Below, one piece after another: positions 52,140 to 64,000 of a DNA stretch of 64,000 bases (position 1 is the first letter of the stretch; every line of letters starts with the position of its first letter). Both the position numbers and the translations under genes were made by a program. The stretch lies in contig NW_021833061.1 of the NCBI RefSeq assembly GCF_006345805.1, forward strand, positions 1 to 64,000, read 5' to 3'. The notes below the pieces were generated by a model. That model was not told the DNA's origin. It did no database searches and was given only the letters and a program-made list of their open reading frames with translations. This DNA comes from Octopus sinensis (lineage: Eukaryota).

Positions 52140-55100
52140 AAATCTAAAAAAAGGCGCGTTGTAACTAAAAAGAAAGTATTATTTGTTTATTAAGTTTTTG
52201 AAATCCGGAATAAGTAAAGTCGAAGAAGTTCGTAAAAGCTGACTCGAGTGATATCCGTGAGTTTTTTACGATATTTATTTTTATGCGAATCATTTTACTA
52301 AATATTGATTCGCATAAAACCAATGTTTAATTCTCATCATTTTCCATTTCTGCGTCAAAGTAATTGTTCAACTGAGTGTCCTCACGACATGCCAGCTCCG
52401 CAAGTTGATTGGCGGCAGAGGCGTACTCCTCGTTGTCTACCTTCATCCCATGTCTGTGTTCAATAAGCATACTCTCTAGAGTCCTCTTCAGCACAACCGA
52501 CTGGATGTATGTCCTCGTTCCTTCTTCAATGGATAATTTGTCCATATGACTTTTAAAGAACTTTGAGACAACACATCCCATGTCAAGACAATTGGAATAA
52601 TCTTCACTTTTGCTTCATAGAGAACTGACAGTTCGTTTGCAAGCAGGTCATATTTGTGAAATTTCTCCACTTCAACTTGCTTTTAAACGGTCTTGCGAGG
52701 TAACTGCCACTTCGATTAAATGATTTCTCTTTTCCTCTTGTCATAAACGAAGATATCAGGTTTATTGAATTGAACTTTCGTTTCAGTCATAATTGACGTG
52801 TCAACTCTGATTTCGACATTTTGGGTCGACATTGTTGACACGACTGAATGTCCTTTCAATTTCCTGCTTCGTTTTATTCCATACATTCGACACAAGTTGA
52901 GATGAATACACTTTACCACTTCGTTGTGTCTTCGGAGATAATCACTGTTTAGCATCCTACCACACCGCGTGGCTAGATGGTCAACAGTCTGCCTGCTTTT
53001 TTGCAGTGGACGCATAGTGATCCCGTGTATGCAAAGAACAAATTCCTATCTTGCAAAAGACAGTACAATGCTTCGCTTCGTGGACCATTGTTCCCTTCGA
53101 TAGCCATTGCGAAGAAGTAGATATGTCGACATCTGATTCCTCCATACATTTGAACATCACCGAGTGTAGTGTAGTGATTTACTGTTAATTCGGTTAAGCA
53201 AGAGTTTCCTTTGTGCGTCCTTCAGTAACTCAATGGTCAGATTTTCCCTGCCGACAGCTGCATATTTGGAGACAAGAAATTCTGCGATTGTGGCTAAGTG
53301 CCATTTTTTTCCTTTTATTACTCGCAGAATACCCGACCTCCGCAGACAGGTAGTCGACTGTTTTTCCAAACTTTTAAGAAACTGGAAGAGCATTAATTCG
53401 CTTTTGAAAGAAATTGAGGCAAGTCCTCTTCCAAGGGTCTTGCGGTCCAAATACAACCTCTCCTTATTTGCAGGCTGGAGGTGTAACTTGAGAGTCGTAA
53501 GTAATCGGCGTATTTGTTGGTCAATATCATCAAATTCGTAAGGTTCAATATTGATTAGCCCAATATAATAATTATATAGGGATAATGCATATTCATTGAT
53601 TCCACGAAACAAATTTACAGCATTCAGGTTTGTTTTTGACAACATAGTTATCCTCTTCTTGACATTCTCCAATATGGAGTCCATAACTTTATTCTTGAGA
53701 ACATTACTTCCGCCATCTTCAAGTACACCCAAGTAGCGATATCCGTTGATTCCATCGACAGTCTCACAGCATGATAAAGATTCCACATTAGATGCTGATT
53801 TTTCGGAATTCATCTCTAGGCCGACACTTTCAAAAAATCCATTAACAGCCTCCATCATTTTGACTAACACATCTTCTTTGAGGGCAACTATTTTCAGATC
53901 GTCAATAAAGAAGAAATGATTGGTGGAGTATGTCAACATATTGGGATCTTCCCGACTAATTTCGAGTTGGGAAACATGGAGTTAAGCATCCTGCTTAGGG
54001 GATCCATCGCCATAACGAATAGCAGCGGGGACAATGAATCTCCTTGGAGTATTCCCCGGCTTAACTTTACTTTCCCAATTCTTTTCCCATCGATATGTAA
54101 GTTTACTGTCCACTTCTTGACTATGTTCTTTACAAAGCTGACAATCCAATGTGGTATTCCAGAGCAATCCAATACGTGGAACAAGAACTCGTGATCAACT
54201 GAGTCAAATGCCTTCTTCACATCGACCCAAGCAGAATAGAGGCCATTTCCATACTCCTTATTTAAGCATTGGTTAATGAGGGCTTGCTCTTTGGCACCTT
54301 GACATTGCTTCCTCGTCCCAAGCTGATTATCTGAGATTAAGCCAAATGCCTCGATGAAATCGGCCAGTTTGGCATTAACACATTTGGTGACAAGTTTATA
54401 CAAAGTTGGCATACACGTTATAGGGCGTAAGTCCTTCGGGGTCTCACACTCACTTTTTTTAGGGATCAAGTAAGTTACGCCAGTGTAAAACCAGCTATCA
54501 GCGTGTACTCTCCATTAATTATTCGGACTATCTCTTTACACAGAAACCCATGCAAAGAATCCATCTCTTTAAGAAAAAGTTATACGTTCCGTCGCATCCG
54601 CATGCCTTCCAGTCAGGTGCATATTTGAGCATATCCATAATAAAATCACTTGTGAATTGAGGTCGCATGGTTTCACCGCCAGTAACCTCACACCCACAAA
54701 ATCATAAACTACGGGCCCCATATTTTTCTTGCTCCAGACATCTTCCCAAAATGATAAGCACTCACCATCACCAAACCCATACAGGGTGGCTTCGTTGCTC
54801 GAAGATAAGTTTCGATAAAATCTTCTGCGGTTAATTCAAAACACGCATTGTCTTTCCGGAAATTTTTCCTCGAGGAATGGATAGATATCTGTTTCTTTTT
54901 GATTCTAATTAGATCATTCAATAGAGTCTCAATTCTGGTTAGCTCCCCTTCTTAGACTTCTTATATCCGTAGCGGCAGAGAACATCCATTGCCTTTTGCT
55001 TTTCTGCCTGAGGCAAGGTTTGTTTGGAGAAGGAACGAACTGTGTCAATTTCATCTGCTAATTTAGAGATTTTTCTTCCGTGTTTTCCAACCATGTGCTC

Positions 55101-55790
55101 TGTGGTCTGGCTCTCGTAGTTAAGGCCAAATAAGCACACTGTGCAGCATATAGAATATCGGTAATTTGATTAATATCTTGGGGCGGATCATCTTTTGTAA
55201 TATGATAAATTGCAGAATTTAATCCAGCCAGGATATCAGTTTTTACCATCCTTCGTTGCACCTTTGGAGTTGGCTTTCGAGAGTCTCTCTGAATAGACTG
55301 AACTTTCCCAATTTGGAATTTGAGTTCCTCTAGGCAATTTCTTGAAACTGGAAATTTCTACGTCCACATCATCTTGCACTCTGGAAGAGTCGCATCTCCC
55401 TTGCACATTGTTATTCGTCTAGCCATGCTCTTTAGTTGGCATAAACTGGAGCACTTTGCCGAGTACTTCTCATTGAACTTCTCCAGGACAAGGTTCCAAC
55501 ACCTCTTGGCATCCTTCCAAGTCTTTGCTTCGCGGCAAGGGCAATCTGAGACACCCATTCGCCTTCAGAGACACCATTGACATTTCCGATGATCGCAGAA
55601 AGAGAATGCAAGTTAGTTTTGGCAGCATCACCAACAAGATCTTCTTTAACACCATTAGCTCTTGTGGCATTGTGAGGTCCCATAGGCGACGGTCCTGTCT
55701 TTTTTAAGTTCTTTTTATTTGCAGGAAGGCCCGTAGGTTTCGTTTTCCTTAACTGCTTGGAAACGTACATGCACACACCACAACAACTAA
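52140..55790 (-). mobile_element. R4/Dong-like non-LTR retrotransposon (RT + RLE), near full length, frameshifted
   Basis: LRPITCMPT.YK, DVKKAFDSVDH, GILQGDSLSPLLF, FIDDLK, TVDHL..C, RHNEVVKCIH, KPDIFVYD. Confidence 0.88.
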
Positions 55791-56999
55791 AATATTATCG
55801 CATAAATAGTAGATCCAAACATTGATATATCAATATGCATTGTGTGTATATATTTTGAATTGTCTTGAGGAATTAATTCGTAAAATTAATAATGGACGCT
55901 TTTTTGAACAATGCCGCCAGTTCTATATCATTTTGTAAATTAATGAGTTCTAGTTGAAACTTTGCAGGCGCATACTTAATTTCCACGCTGAATGGAGTTG
56001 CGAATATTTTCATTAAAGGAAAGAATTTTTTAAAATTCTAAAAATTAAATTTATATAAATGTACCACCCCAAAAGTGCTTCAAATTGATTAATTAAATCA
56101 CCAATTATGGATATGTTTTTTCATAAGCAGCGCCTTCGTTGTTTTCAGATAGTGAATAAAATAATGAGTTGACGTATCTATTCTACCTCCTCTTAAGGGA
56201 AGTCATTATAAATATAATTTTTCGATAAACGAAGAAATATATCCATATACCTGATAACAGAGTTTGTTTTTTTCCTTGTAATTCAACATTGAGATCCGAC
56301 AAATGCGTGGTTAAATCAACATAAAAAGCCAAATCGGCAATCCATCTTTCATCGTAAAGTTCATCGAAAATTACTTTGTCTTTGGTAAACTCCTTAATTT
56401 CTGGAAGCAATTTATAGAACCTTTAATAAAATATTAAGGCATTTCGAACGATTCCACAACTTCACCCCACTTTCAGTATGAAAAATAACATCTCCATACT
56501 CAGCATCAACTTCTTCCAAAAAGATTTAAAATATCGGTGATTGAGCGCTTTTGAGCGTATCCAATAAACGATATTAACGACTTTTTTGGAAACATGTTCC
56601 ATTTTAATAGACTTGGCGATAAGATTTTCCTGGTGAATTATGCAGTGATGCCATATTAATTGATCGAAACTATTTTCGGTTATATCTTTGGAACAATCAA
56701 TAAATAATTACATTTTAAACATTATTAAAAAATTAAAAAAGTTAGTACTCTAGAGGGCCGCAAAAAAAAATCCTGCGGGCCGCATTTGAGAACCGCTGCT
56801 CTAAACCCTCATGAATATGGGATTATCCAGCAATCTTTGAAAATTTTTTTTCATCGAAGAAAACATTTAAAATTAAATAACTTAAGCTAGACTATTTAAT
56901 TTAGATTCTCAGTCACGACTATTGGAAATTTCTCTCCTCCTTTTAGGAGAAGAGTTCGCAACCAGTTCCTCCTCACTCTCCATCTCCCTGTTAGATAAA

Positions 57000-57295
57000 C
57001 TTTCTATTTATCTTGTAGCTTTCACCGGCGTGTCACGGCAGCATGCCACTTCTGCACAACTGATAAGTAACAGAAATGTATTCTTCGGCATATTGGCTAC
57101 TTTCACTCCATGCTGTGTTAAAACTACCATGCTTTCTAGAGTCCTTTTTAGAAAAACAGACTGAATAAAGTTCTTGTGGCTTATTAAATCGATAATGTTG
57201 TTTATATAGTTTTTGATTTAGTATCTCGAAAACAACGCTAGCCCACGTCAAGACAACCGGGATAATCTTTACCTTTGCACCATAAGTTCGTACTT
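57000..57295 (-). mobile_element. R4/Dong-like 3' remnant
   Basis: YGAKVKIIPVVLTW. Confidence 0.6.
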
Positions 57296-57499
57296 TAATC
57301 AATAACAATAATTTTTTGTAAATATATTGATTGTTTGTCTTATTTTTGTTATTGATACATTTTAATGAGAAGCATTTGTTCGGAACATACTTAAGACCTG
57401 AATGAACCTCGAAAGCCACACAGGTACAGAGTTCATTAAAGGGCAATGAATGACAAGTCCGACATAGGCCAGATAACAAATTAAATCTTTAACTTTTAA

Positions 57500-58565
57500 G
57501 TTATAGAGAAAGAAGTCCGAAAAGAAGAACATCTCGATCTGCAAGCATTGCTAGAGAACGGTTAGATCCCGACCAACCGGATAGTCTGCACGTTGCCACG
57601 CACGATTGCAAGCGAGAACCTCTGTCTTGCCCAAGAGGATTCGCACGCCCGGAGGCTAACCGTTTTCTATTTTCCTTCAAAGAGGCCGACATCTGTCAGG
57701 AATTTTGTTGTAGAGGTTTGAATGACAGACCAACTGGTTCGAATACATTCGGGAAACGGAACCATTGAATGCTTGGGAGATTACGTCATTGAGTGCTCTT
57801 CTTACACTGTTGAAAGCGGTGCTTAAATCGAACTTCACAGCTGTGTGGGGGAGATAAGTGGTCCATTAAAAAAGAAAAGACTTTTGGGAGCCTGAACTGC
57901 GGCCTCACAATCGTTAGCGATTCCTACTCTCAGTTAGCAAGGAGAATAGTTAGGGCTGAAACGGGGCATACACTCCTTGCTGCCAATTTAGCAATCAGGC
58001 GCCAGAAGTAGTTCCCAACTGCTATAGGGCGGATTCCGCCGTTCTTTATCCGAAATGCAAGTAGATGTGCCAGGATGAGCATGTTCCTAACAAAGCGGGG
58101 TATCTCACGGCTCAATGTCGTACTAACTAAAACGGCTAGATCGGATATCCGGGTATTGCCTGCCTCTCCAGTTGAGAGAGAGATGAGGTCATTGATATGG
58201 CCCGGACGTAAGCCATCGAGTCCACTGTAGCAGCTTTTCCCAAATAACTGGATTGAAATTCTTATTTTTTCTTCTGAGATGTTGAGGGTGGAGAGCACAG
58301 ATGGGCGGGCAATTAAAAGGTCGTACATTCGGAGGGGGGTCTGGGTGTTTTGATCTCAGATTGGTAATGACACGTTCAATCCATCTCGTCTCGCTTCCAT
58401 GCGGTTCGGAGAGTTGTCTCGTGTATAGGAATGAGATCATCCGTTCGCAGACTGGCGTGCAACAAGGTAACCCGCTGGAGCCACTTCTCTTACAAATTGA
58501 TAAGGCAGCTCGACTTGCTGTCTCTCTTTTCAATCTGTGGTATCTGGATGATGCCACATTAGCTA
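57500..58565. mobile_element. Rearranged CRE fragments in both orientations
   Basis: GLDGLRPGH and GGIRPIAVGN on -; GVQQGNPL and NLWYLDD on + (58375-58560). Confidence 0.8.
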
Positions 58566-59539
58566 AGAACCATTAAAAGTGAATCTTTTTTCTCTATTCA
58601 GGATTTCTCAAAAAGATAAAATCAAACTTAATCGCCATATGACTCCCCCGACTCTTCTGCCTAGACACCTGTCATTCTCCTCCAACATCAACGCTCAGAA
58701 TTTCTAAAGATGTTTAGTAATAGTTTCCAGTTTCTATATGATTGTCAAGATAACTAAAATTTTAGAATCTAAAGTTAAGAATATGGGGGTCGGTTCTTCT
58801 TCCCCCACTACGTTGAGACGGCCTACTTCCACAAACCGACACTCGTGCAACAATCCGGGGTTGGCACGCCTGAATTAATCTCTTTGGGGGAGATTACTTA
58901 GTCCAGAATACCTCCATTTGTACAACTGATATATACTAACACCTCCATACACCAATTCTACCTTTCCCATGCTCTCTCCTGCATGTTCAACTCAGTGAAG
59001 GGAACTCTAAAATTAATAAACCGAACAAAGTGAGACTGCTACATGTTGCAATACTTCCGAATCACCCCGTTTTTCACAATCGCGGGGAACATACGTTTTT
59101 AGTTGTTTTCTTTTCTTGCTTATTAAAAAAATTATTGATTTTTTCAATATCGGATAATTGCATAAGATTTTCCGTGGACAAATGCAATTAACCGATTTCT
59201 GGTGTACTACATTCAAGCACAGACTAATCAATCCTATAACCGTCCTATAACCGTCTTTGGCTGAAAGAGTAGTTAAGAGTCTAAGTCAGCTCACCGACGC
59301 CCCACTGCGTATTGAATGACAGTTTCCGCAGAATACGGTGACCAAGGAAAGAGCCAGCTCGTCTCTCTTCGGTCGTTTGTTTTCGAGGAAATTCTTCTAC
59401 CAATGTCAATGAGGAATTGTTTTTTTAATTTATGACTTTCAGTAATGGCCTGGTTTGGCTAATCATGAACGATGTTTAAATAATTGGAAAATAATGTTTT
59501 TTGGATATTTTTCAGCTTAGATTTCGCAGATACCCTTCG

Positions 59540-62500
59540 ATGAATGAATGATGAATGAATGAATTTTTATTAACGGAAAAGCCGAAAAAAGAGGGAGAAA
59601 GTTAATGAGACAACGTATGCCTCTTCTTCGTTGTTTCCCTCTTTTTTTTTTTTTTTTTTAATATTTAATTCGAGAAGAAAAGGCTCTCTCAAGAACACTT
59701 CCAACCGTTTCCGTCGCGTCTTCCATCACTTGAGGGATGGGTTGGTCCAACTGGAGTCCATTTGCCAATTTGATGGCATATCGCCTCGTCTTTTCGAGCT
59801 TAGCGATAATGCCATCCCTTTCAGCAGTAGGATACCATCCCTCGAACCCGTAGGTAAGCAATGGTTCGACGCACGTTTTATAAACATATAAAAACGTTTC
59901 CGGGGAAAGGTGGAAGTGAATTATGCTCCTGAGAATTTGAGCGCATTTCCTTCTCCTCGAGTCGATGTATCTGAAGTAAGAACCCTTGGATCCAACTTCA
60001 ACCCCAAGGTATTTCAGGTTCTCCGTTACTGTAAACCCATAGAGGTTTCTCGGCGGTTTTCGTTTTGCTCCCTGTTTTGCAATCCAAGTGGCGGTGCACT
60101 TTTCTTTTGCAAGCGTCAGTCCTTTTGATATGCACCATTCTTCCACTCTTGTCACGTATCCTTTTAACTTCCTCCACGAGATGTCTTTTCTCCACGAAGC
60201 ATCCGTTATTAATATGTCGTCCGCGTAGATCATGAGACGACTGGTAGGATCTTTCGGTTTTGGAATATCAGCAACGTAAATATTAAAAAGCAGGGGGCTC
60301 AAGACCGAGCCTTGAGGTACCCCTCTTTTGAGATCGACAGATTCCGACAAACGGTTTCCGCATCGTATGTATGACCTTCTCATTGATAAATAGCTCTTCA
60401 GCCAATTGACCGTTTTAGACCCGGTTTGCTCTTGGCGACACTTTCCAAGAGGCCCAGGTGCCATACGCTGTCAAAAGCTTTTGAGACATCGAGGCAGATA
60501 GCAATAGTCGCTGTATTATTAGCAAGACTAAGCGAGATGACTTTCTCGAGTTCTCCGAAACAATCACCACAGGATCTTTTTCGTCGGAATCCCCACTGCT
60601 CTACTGCAAGTGCACCTGATTCCTCTACGAAGTTCGAAAGTCTTGTGAAGACAATCCGTTCCATAATTTTAGAGACGGAGCATATTAGGCTTATCGGCCT
60701 ATAGTTCTCTGCATGGTCCTTTATTTTTCCAGGCTTTGGAATCATACGTACGATTGACTTTTTCCAAGAGTCCGGTACGTATCCAAGTCTCCAGCTTGCA
60801 TTGTATAGTGCGGTCAAGTATCGTAGGAGAATATTTGGAGCATGTTTGAATACAGAAATTGGAATGTAGTCATGGCCGGGTGCATTATTCTTGCAGCTCA
60901 TAATTGCGGCATACGTTTCTTCCAACGTTATGTCTCTGCACAGTGGTCCCGTATGACTCAAATTAGCTCTTAGACTTCTCTGAGCCTCACATATAACTTC
61001 TTTCGGAACCATGTCGATCGGATCCACCTCTTGAACTTTTGCCAGTTGACTTCGCAGATGTGAGGGAACTTCATCGAGCGGGATATCTATTCCTTCAGTT
61101 GTTTTTAGTCGGATCTCTTCTCCTTTGTTCTCCATATTACTCAGTCTGTTGAAAACCTTCCAAAAATGAGGGTTTTTCTTATTCAGTTTCGAGCATTGAC
61201 TCTTCCAAGCAAGGTCTGAATGTTTTTTTGCGACATCATTTATCTCTATTTTCACGGTACGAATCTTATCCCGAAGACGAATACGATCTATGGGGTCACT
61301 GCATCGTCTTAGCTTCTTTTCAAGGTTTCCCTTCCATTTTATAAGTTTTCCCAAAGATTCGTCAATCCGGGTTTTTCTGTTAGTATTTGACATGATGTAT
61401 TTCCTGATTGAAGATTTTCGGAGAAAGTCCAGTATAGCTTCTGAGAATTTTATCAAGTTTTTCAATTTGTATATTCGAAGAGATGTTTTGTATTGGATAC
61501 GGTGTCAAATGCTTTTTCATTGATACCTCAAGGTCCGACCAGATTGTCCGAGACGTATCGTATCCGATAAACAGATCTTCGCATATCGTAGATGATGTTC
61601 GCATACACAAGGATTGAGGTAGGTGATCACTACCAATGTTTATCTCAATCCTTGGTATGCTGCATTGATGAACAAGATCTGCCGATACGAGGAAAACTCC
61701 AATACAATCCTCTCCATAACAAGAGAAGTGGTTTGGTTCTCGTGAGGTCAAAACACTAAAACCGCAGTTCTCCGATAATCTGAGGAGTATATTACCGTCC
61801 GAATTTGTGTTGGCACATCCGTACGATGTGTGTTTTGCGTTAAGGTCTCCTATTAGAATTCCTCTATCATTGTTCTGGAAAAATTCTTCAATAAGATTTT
61901 GATAATTCTTCATTGCTTTGGAGTACATAGCTCCGACAGATATCCATCCAAGGGATGTTAGTAGTTTCAATGTAATCAGTTCGCACAAATTTTGTTCGAC
62001 GATTTTCAAGTCCCTCACCATCAGATTGTCTTTATAATATATGGATGTCCCAGTGCCAGCCACTGCGTCAGGTCGCCATGGGATATCAATCGACTGAAAA
62101 CCATGGATTTTATGATGCTGATTTCCCTTAAGCTTCGTTTCATTAACAACCAATATGTCCATGTTTACCGAGCTAACCAAGTAGGTTAGCTCCGTAGCCC
62201 GTTTCCGAATTGACCGGGCGTTGATAAGCGTAAAAACGCTCATCTCGTCAAGTTTTGGTGACTGTCCTCCATAACGAGCGCCACCAGTTCCAGTAAATTT
62301 TTAAACGTTTTTTTAGTCGTCGTTTTCGATTTAAGATGGAGGTCCTCCAGTTTTGCTTTTAAATGTTCAATTGCATTTGTCTTTTCATCTGCCACCTGTA
62401 TGTTGCATGGTGGTTGTCCCGGGTTTGATTTGGAAGTGTCCCCGAGTTTCATGCCTTTTTTGGGTTGAGTCATATATTCGGTTGTGTTTACGCCTTGTTC

Positions 62501-63692
62501 CAACTTTAATTTTGGTTTTTGCGTAGATATAGTGGGTGTCGCAGTTTTCAAAGTGTTTGACATGGATTCAGAGATATCGTCAGTCTGAACCTCAGCATCC
62601 ACGAATTTTGTACTTTTATTAAAGTTCCATCCTTTCCAGGTATTTTGTACTTTCACGTTTCCTGTTTCAGTTTTGATCGTTTTTCCTTGTATTTTCATTG
62701 CGGGAGATGTATCAAATTTCAGTTTAGTAGACTGATCTGTAGTTTTCCGAGGTAATCTCTTTTAAGAAGCTCCTTGACAACAGGACATCCTCCATAGTTG
62801 GCCATGTGTGTTGAGGATCCACAGTTTATGCACTTGGTAGGGTAGTTTCCAGTCAGAGGACATTCCGAACGGGTATGTGGGCCCTCACAAATGAGACATC
62901 TCACTTTTTCTTTACAGAACCGTGAGATATGTCCGAAACGCTGGCAGCGGAAACATTGCGTGTCTGGTTGCTTGTACCAACTACAGAAAATTTCGCGGAA
63001 ACCAATTTTCAACCCCATTCGTATGAGAGAGGCTGCTTCACCCCTAGAGGGGATGGTCACTTTAGCCAGAGGAAGTGGACTTCCATTTCGGAAAAATCTC
63101 TCAACCAAAAACCCCGGAGAGATTAGTTTACCCAGATACTTTACAAGTTCCTCGGTTCCAACCCAGTTCGGGAGGTTCCTAAGCATTATCGCGGACGCAC
63201 GTGGCTTTGCCTCCTCGATTTTGTGGCCATTTGGTCCAAAGGGCTGGGTATACTTACAGTAGTCAACAAAGGCCGAAAGATCCTCTTTACTTTTGAAATC
63301 CAAAACGTAGTCGCCCGAGTGACGACGTGTCACTCGAGCCTTACAAGCGATTTCACAACCACAAAGTGTGTTTGCTATCTCAATAGAATCGAGCTCTGAG
63401 TTGTGTATTGATAGTACAATACTCAGGCATACAGATGGCACGGAGGCCGGGATAGATGGCACGGAGGCCGGGATAGATGGCACGGAGGCCGAGATAGATG
63501 GTACAGAGGTCGAGATAGAAGGCACAGAGGCCGAAATAGAGCGCACAGAAGCCGAGATTGATGGCACAGAAGCCTGGATATTCGGGGATTTAAAATTCTT
63601 CTTGGATTTTGAATAATTCATTGTGAAAATTGTTATTAGTATTTTTCTTTTATTTTGCTCACAAGAACACCACGTCACAAACACCACGTGAA
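59540..63692 (-). mobile_element. Apparently full-length Jockey/I-group LINE: ORF1 (3 Cys/His knuckles) + ORF2 (APE-RT); AATAAA-(ATTC)n tail
   Basis: ORF1 62240-63621 (split by a frameshift) with CFRCQRFGH, CLICEGPH, CINCGSSTH. The ORF2 ATG overlaps the ORF1 stop at 62240-62243. APE: INARS, GDLNA, GSDHLP. RT: YRPISL, QGSVLSPLLF, YADD. Confidence 0.92.
63431..63572 (-). repeat. 21-bp coding minisatellite (ASVPSI[S/P]) in LINE ORF1
   Basis: ~7 units of GATGGCACGGAGGCCG(A/G)GATA. Confidence 0.9.
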
Positions 63693-63698
63693 TTATAT

Positions 63699-63961
63699 TC
63701 ATATGCTTATCTTACAGATTAAGCCATGCAAGTGTAAGTTCATGCTCTCTAATGAGCGAAACCGCGAACGGCTCATTAAATCGGACAAACTTACTTGATA
63801 ATCTCACACGACGGTGGATAACTGTTGTAAATCTAGAGCTAATACATGCGTATAGCTTCTCGAAGCGCAATTATTAGAATTAGTTGACTCTGGATAAACT
63901 TCGATAGAATAATGACTGCTTTATTAGCAAATAAATGAAATACTTACTAATGTTCTATCAG
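63699..63961 (+). rRNA. 18S rRNA 5' fragment (probable pseudogene), divergent, dicyemid-like
   Basis: CATATGCTT..GATTAAGCCATGC, CGAACGGCTCATTAAATC, GGATAACTG..TCTAGAGCTAATACATGC, TGACTCTGGATAA. Lacks the first ~22 nt; similarity fades between ~63905 and 63960. Confidence 0.85.
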
Positions 63962-64000
63962 GGTCTTCCAAATATAATATGAACACGCGCTCTTTGGCTG

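Larger units (their letters stand above)
44392..56798 (-). mobile_element. Composite hAT (SPIN/Charlie-like) envelope with nested elements; transposase remnant at 55840-56690
   Basis: Identical 8-bp TSD CTCTAAAC (44384-44391, 56799-56806); TIR CAGGGGTTCTCAA / TTGAGAACCGCTG; GCGGGCCGCA subterminal at both ends; WHHCIIHQENL and DLAFYVDLTTHLSDLNVELQG. Confidence 0.75.

Noticed and set aside
29405-63616. Numerous antisense ORFs over retroelements
   Set aside because: Shadow ORFs of GC-richer coding strands with no recognisable motifs.
63699-64000. Start of a functional rDNA unit
   Set aside because: Lacks the 5' CCTGGTTGATCCTGCC, and conserved 18S sequence stops before the window end.

Overview
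AT-rich eukaryotic (animal) DNA, not prokaryotic. GT..AG micro-introns of 23-27 nt, TTAGGG repeats and a divergent 18S fragment point to a dicyemid (Rhombozoa)-like host; this is an inference from recalled sequence, not a search result. Most of the window is transposon-derived. Retroelements: many CRE-clade non-LTR copies (one TSD-flanked, near full-length, with an N-terminal PHD finger), an R4/Dong-like element, and Jockey/I-like and RTE-like LINEs. DNA elements: two Tc1 families, pogo/Tigger, several hATs, Merlin, a Ginger-like integrase and Helitrons. There are also a ~5-kb 75-bp satellite and a ~93-bp repeat. Recognisable host genes are a MICAL-like CH-LIM-coiled-coil gene, a Dpy-30-motif (DYDC-like) gene, a forkhead gene, a full-length U2 snRNA and a 5' 18S rRNA fragment. 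Highlights: (i) a 12.4-kb TIR/TSD-bounded hAT holding a multi-level nest of other elements; (ii) one LINE family abutting the starts of both U2 and 18S sequences; (iii) a TIR-bounded element carrying telomeric and variant repeats; (iv) the PHD-CRE; (v) host-type micro-introns inside DNA transposases. Many single-base frameshifts may be long-read errors rather than real decay.
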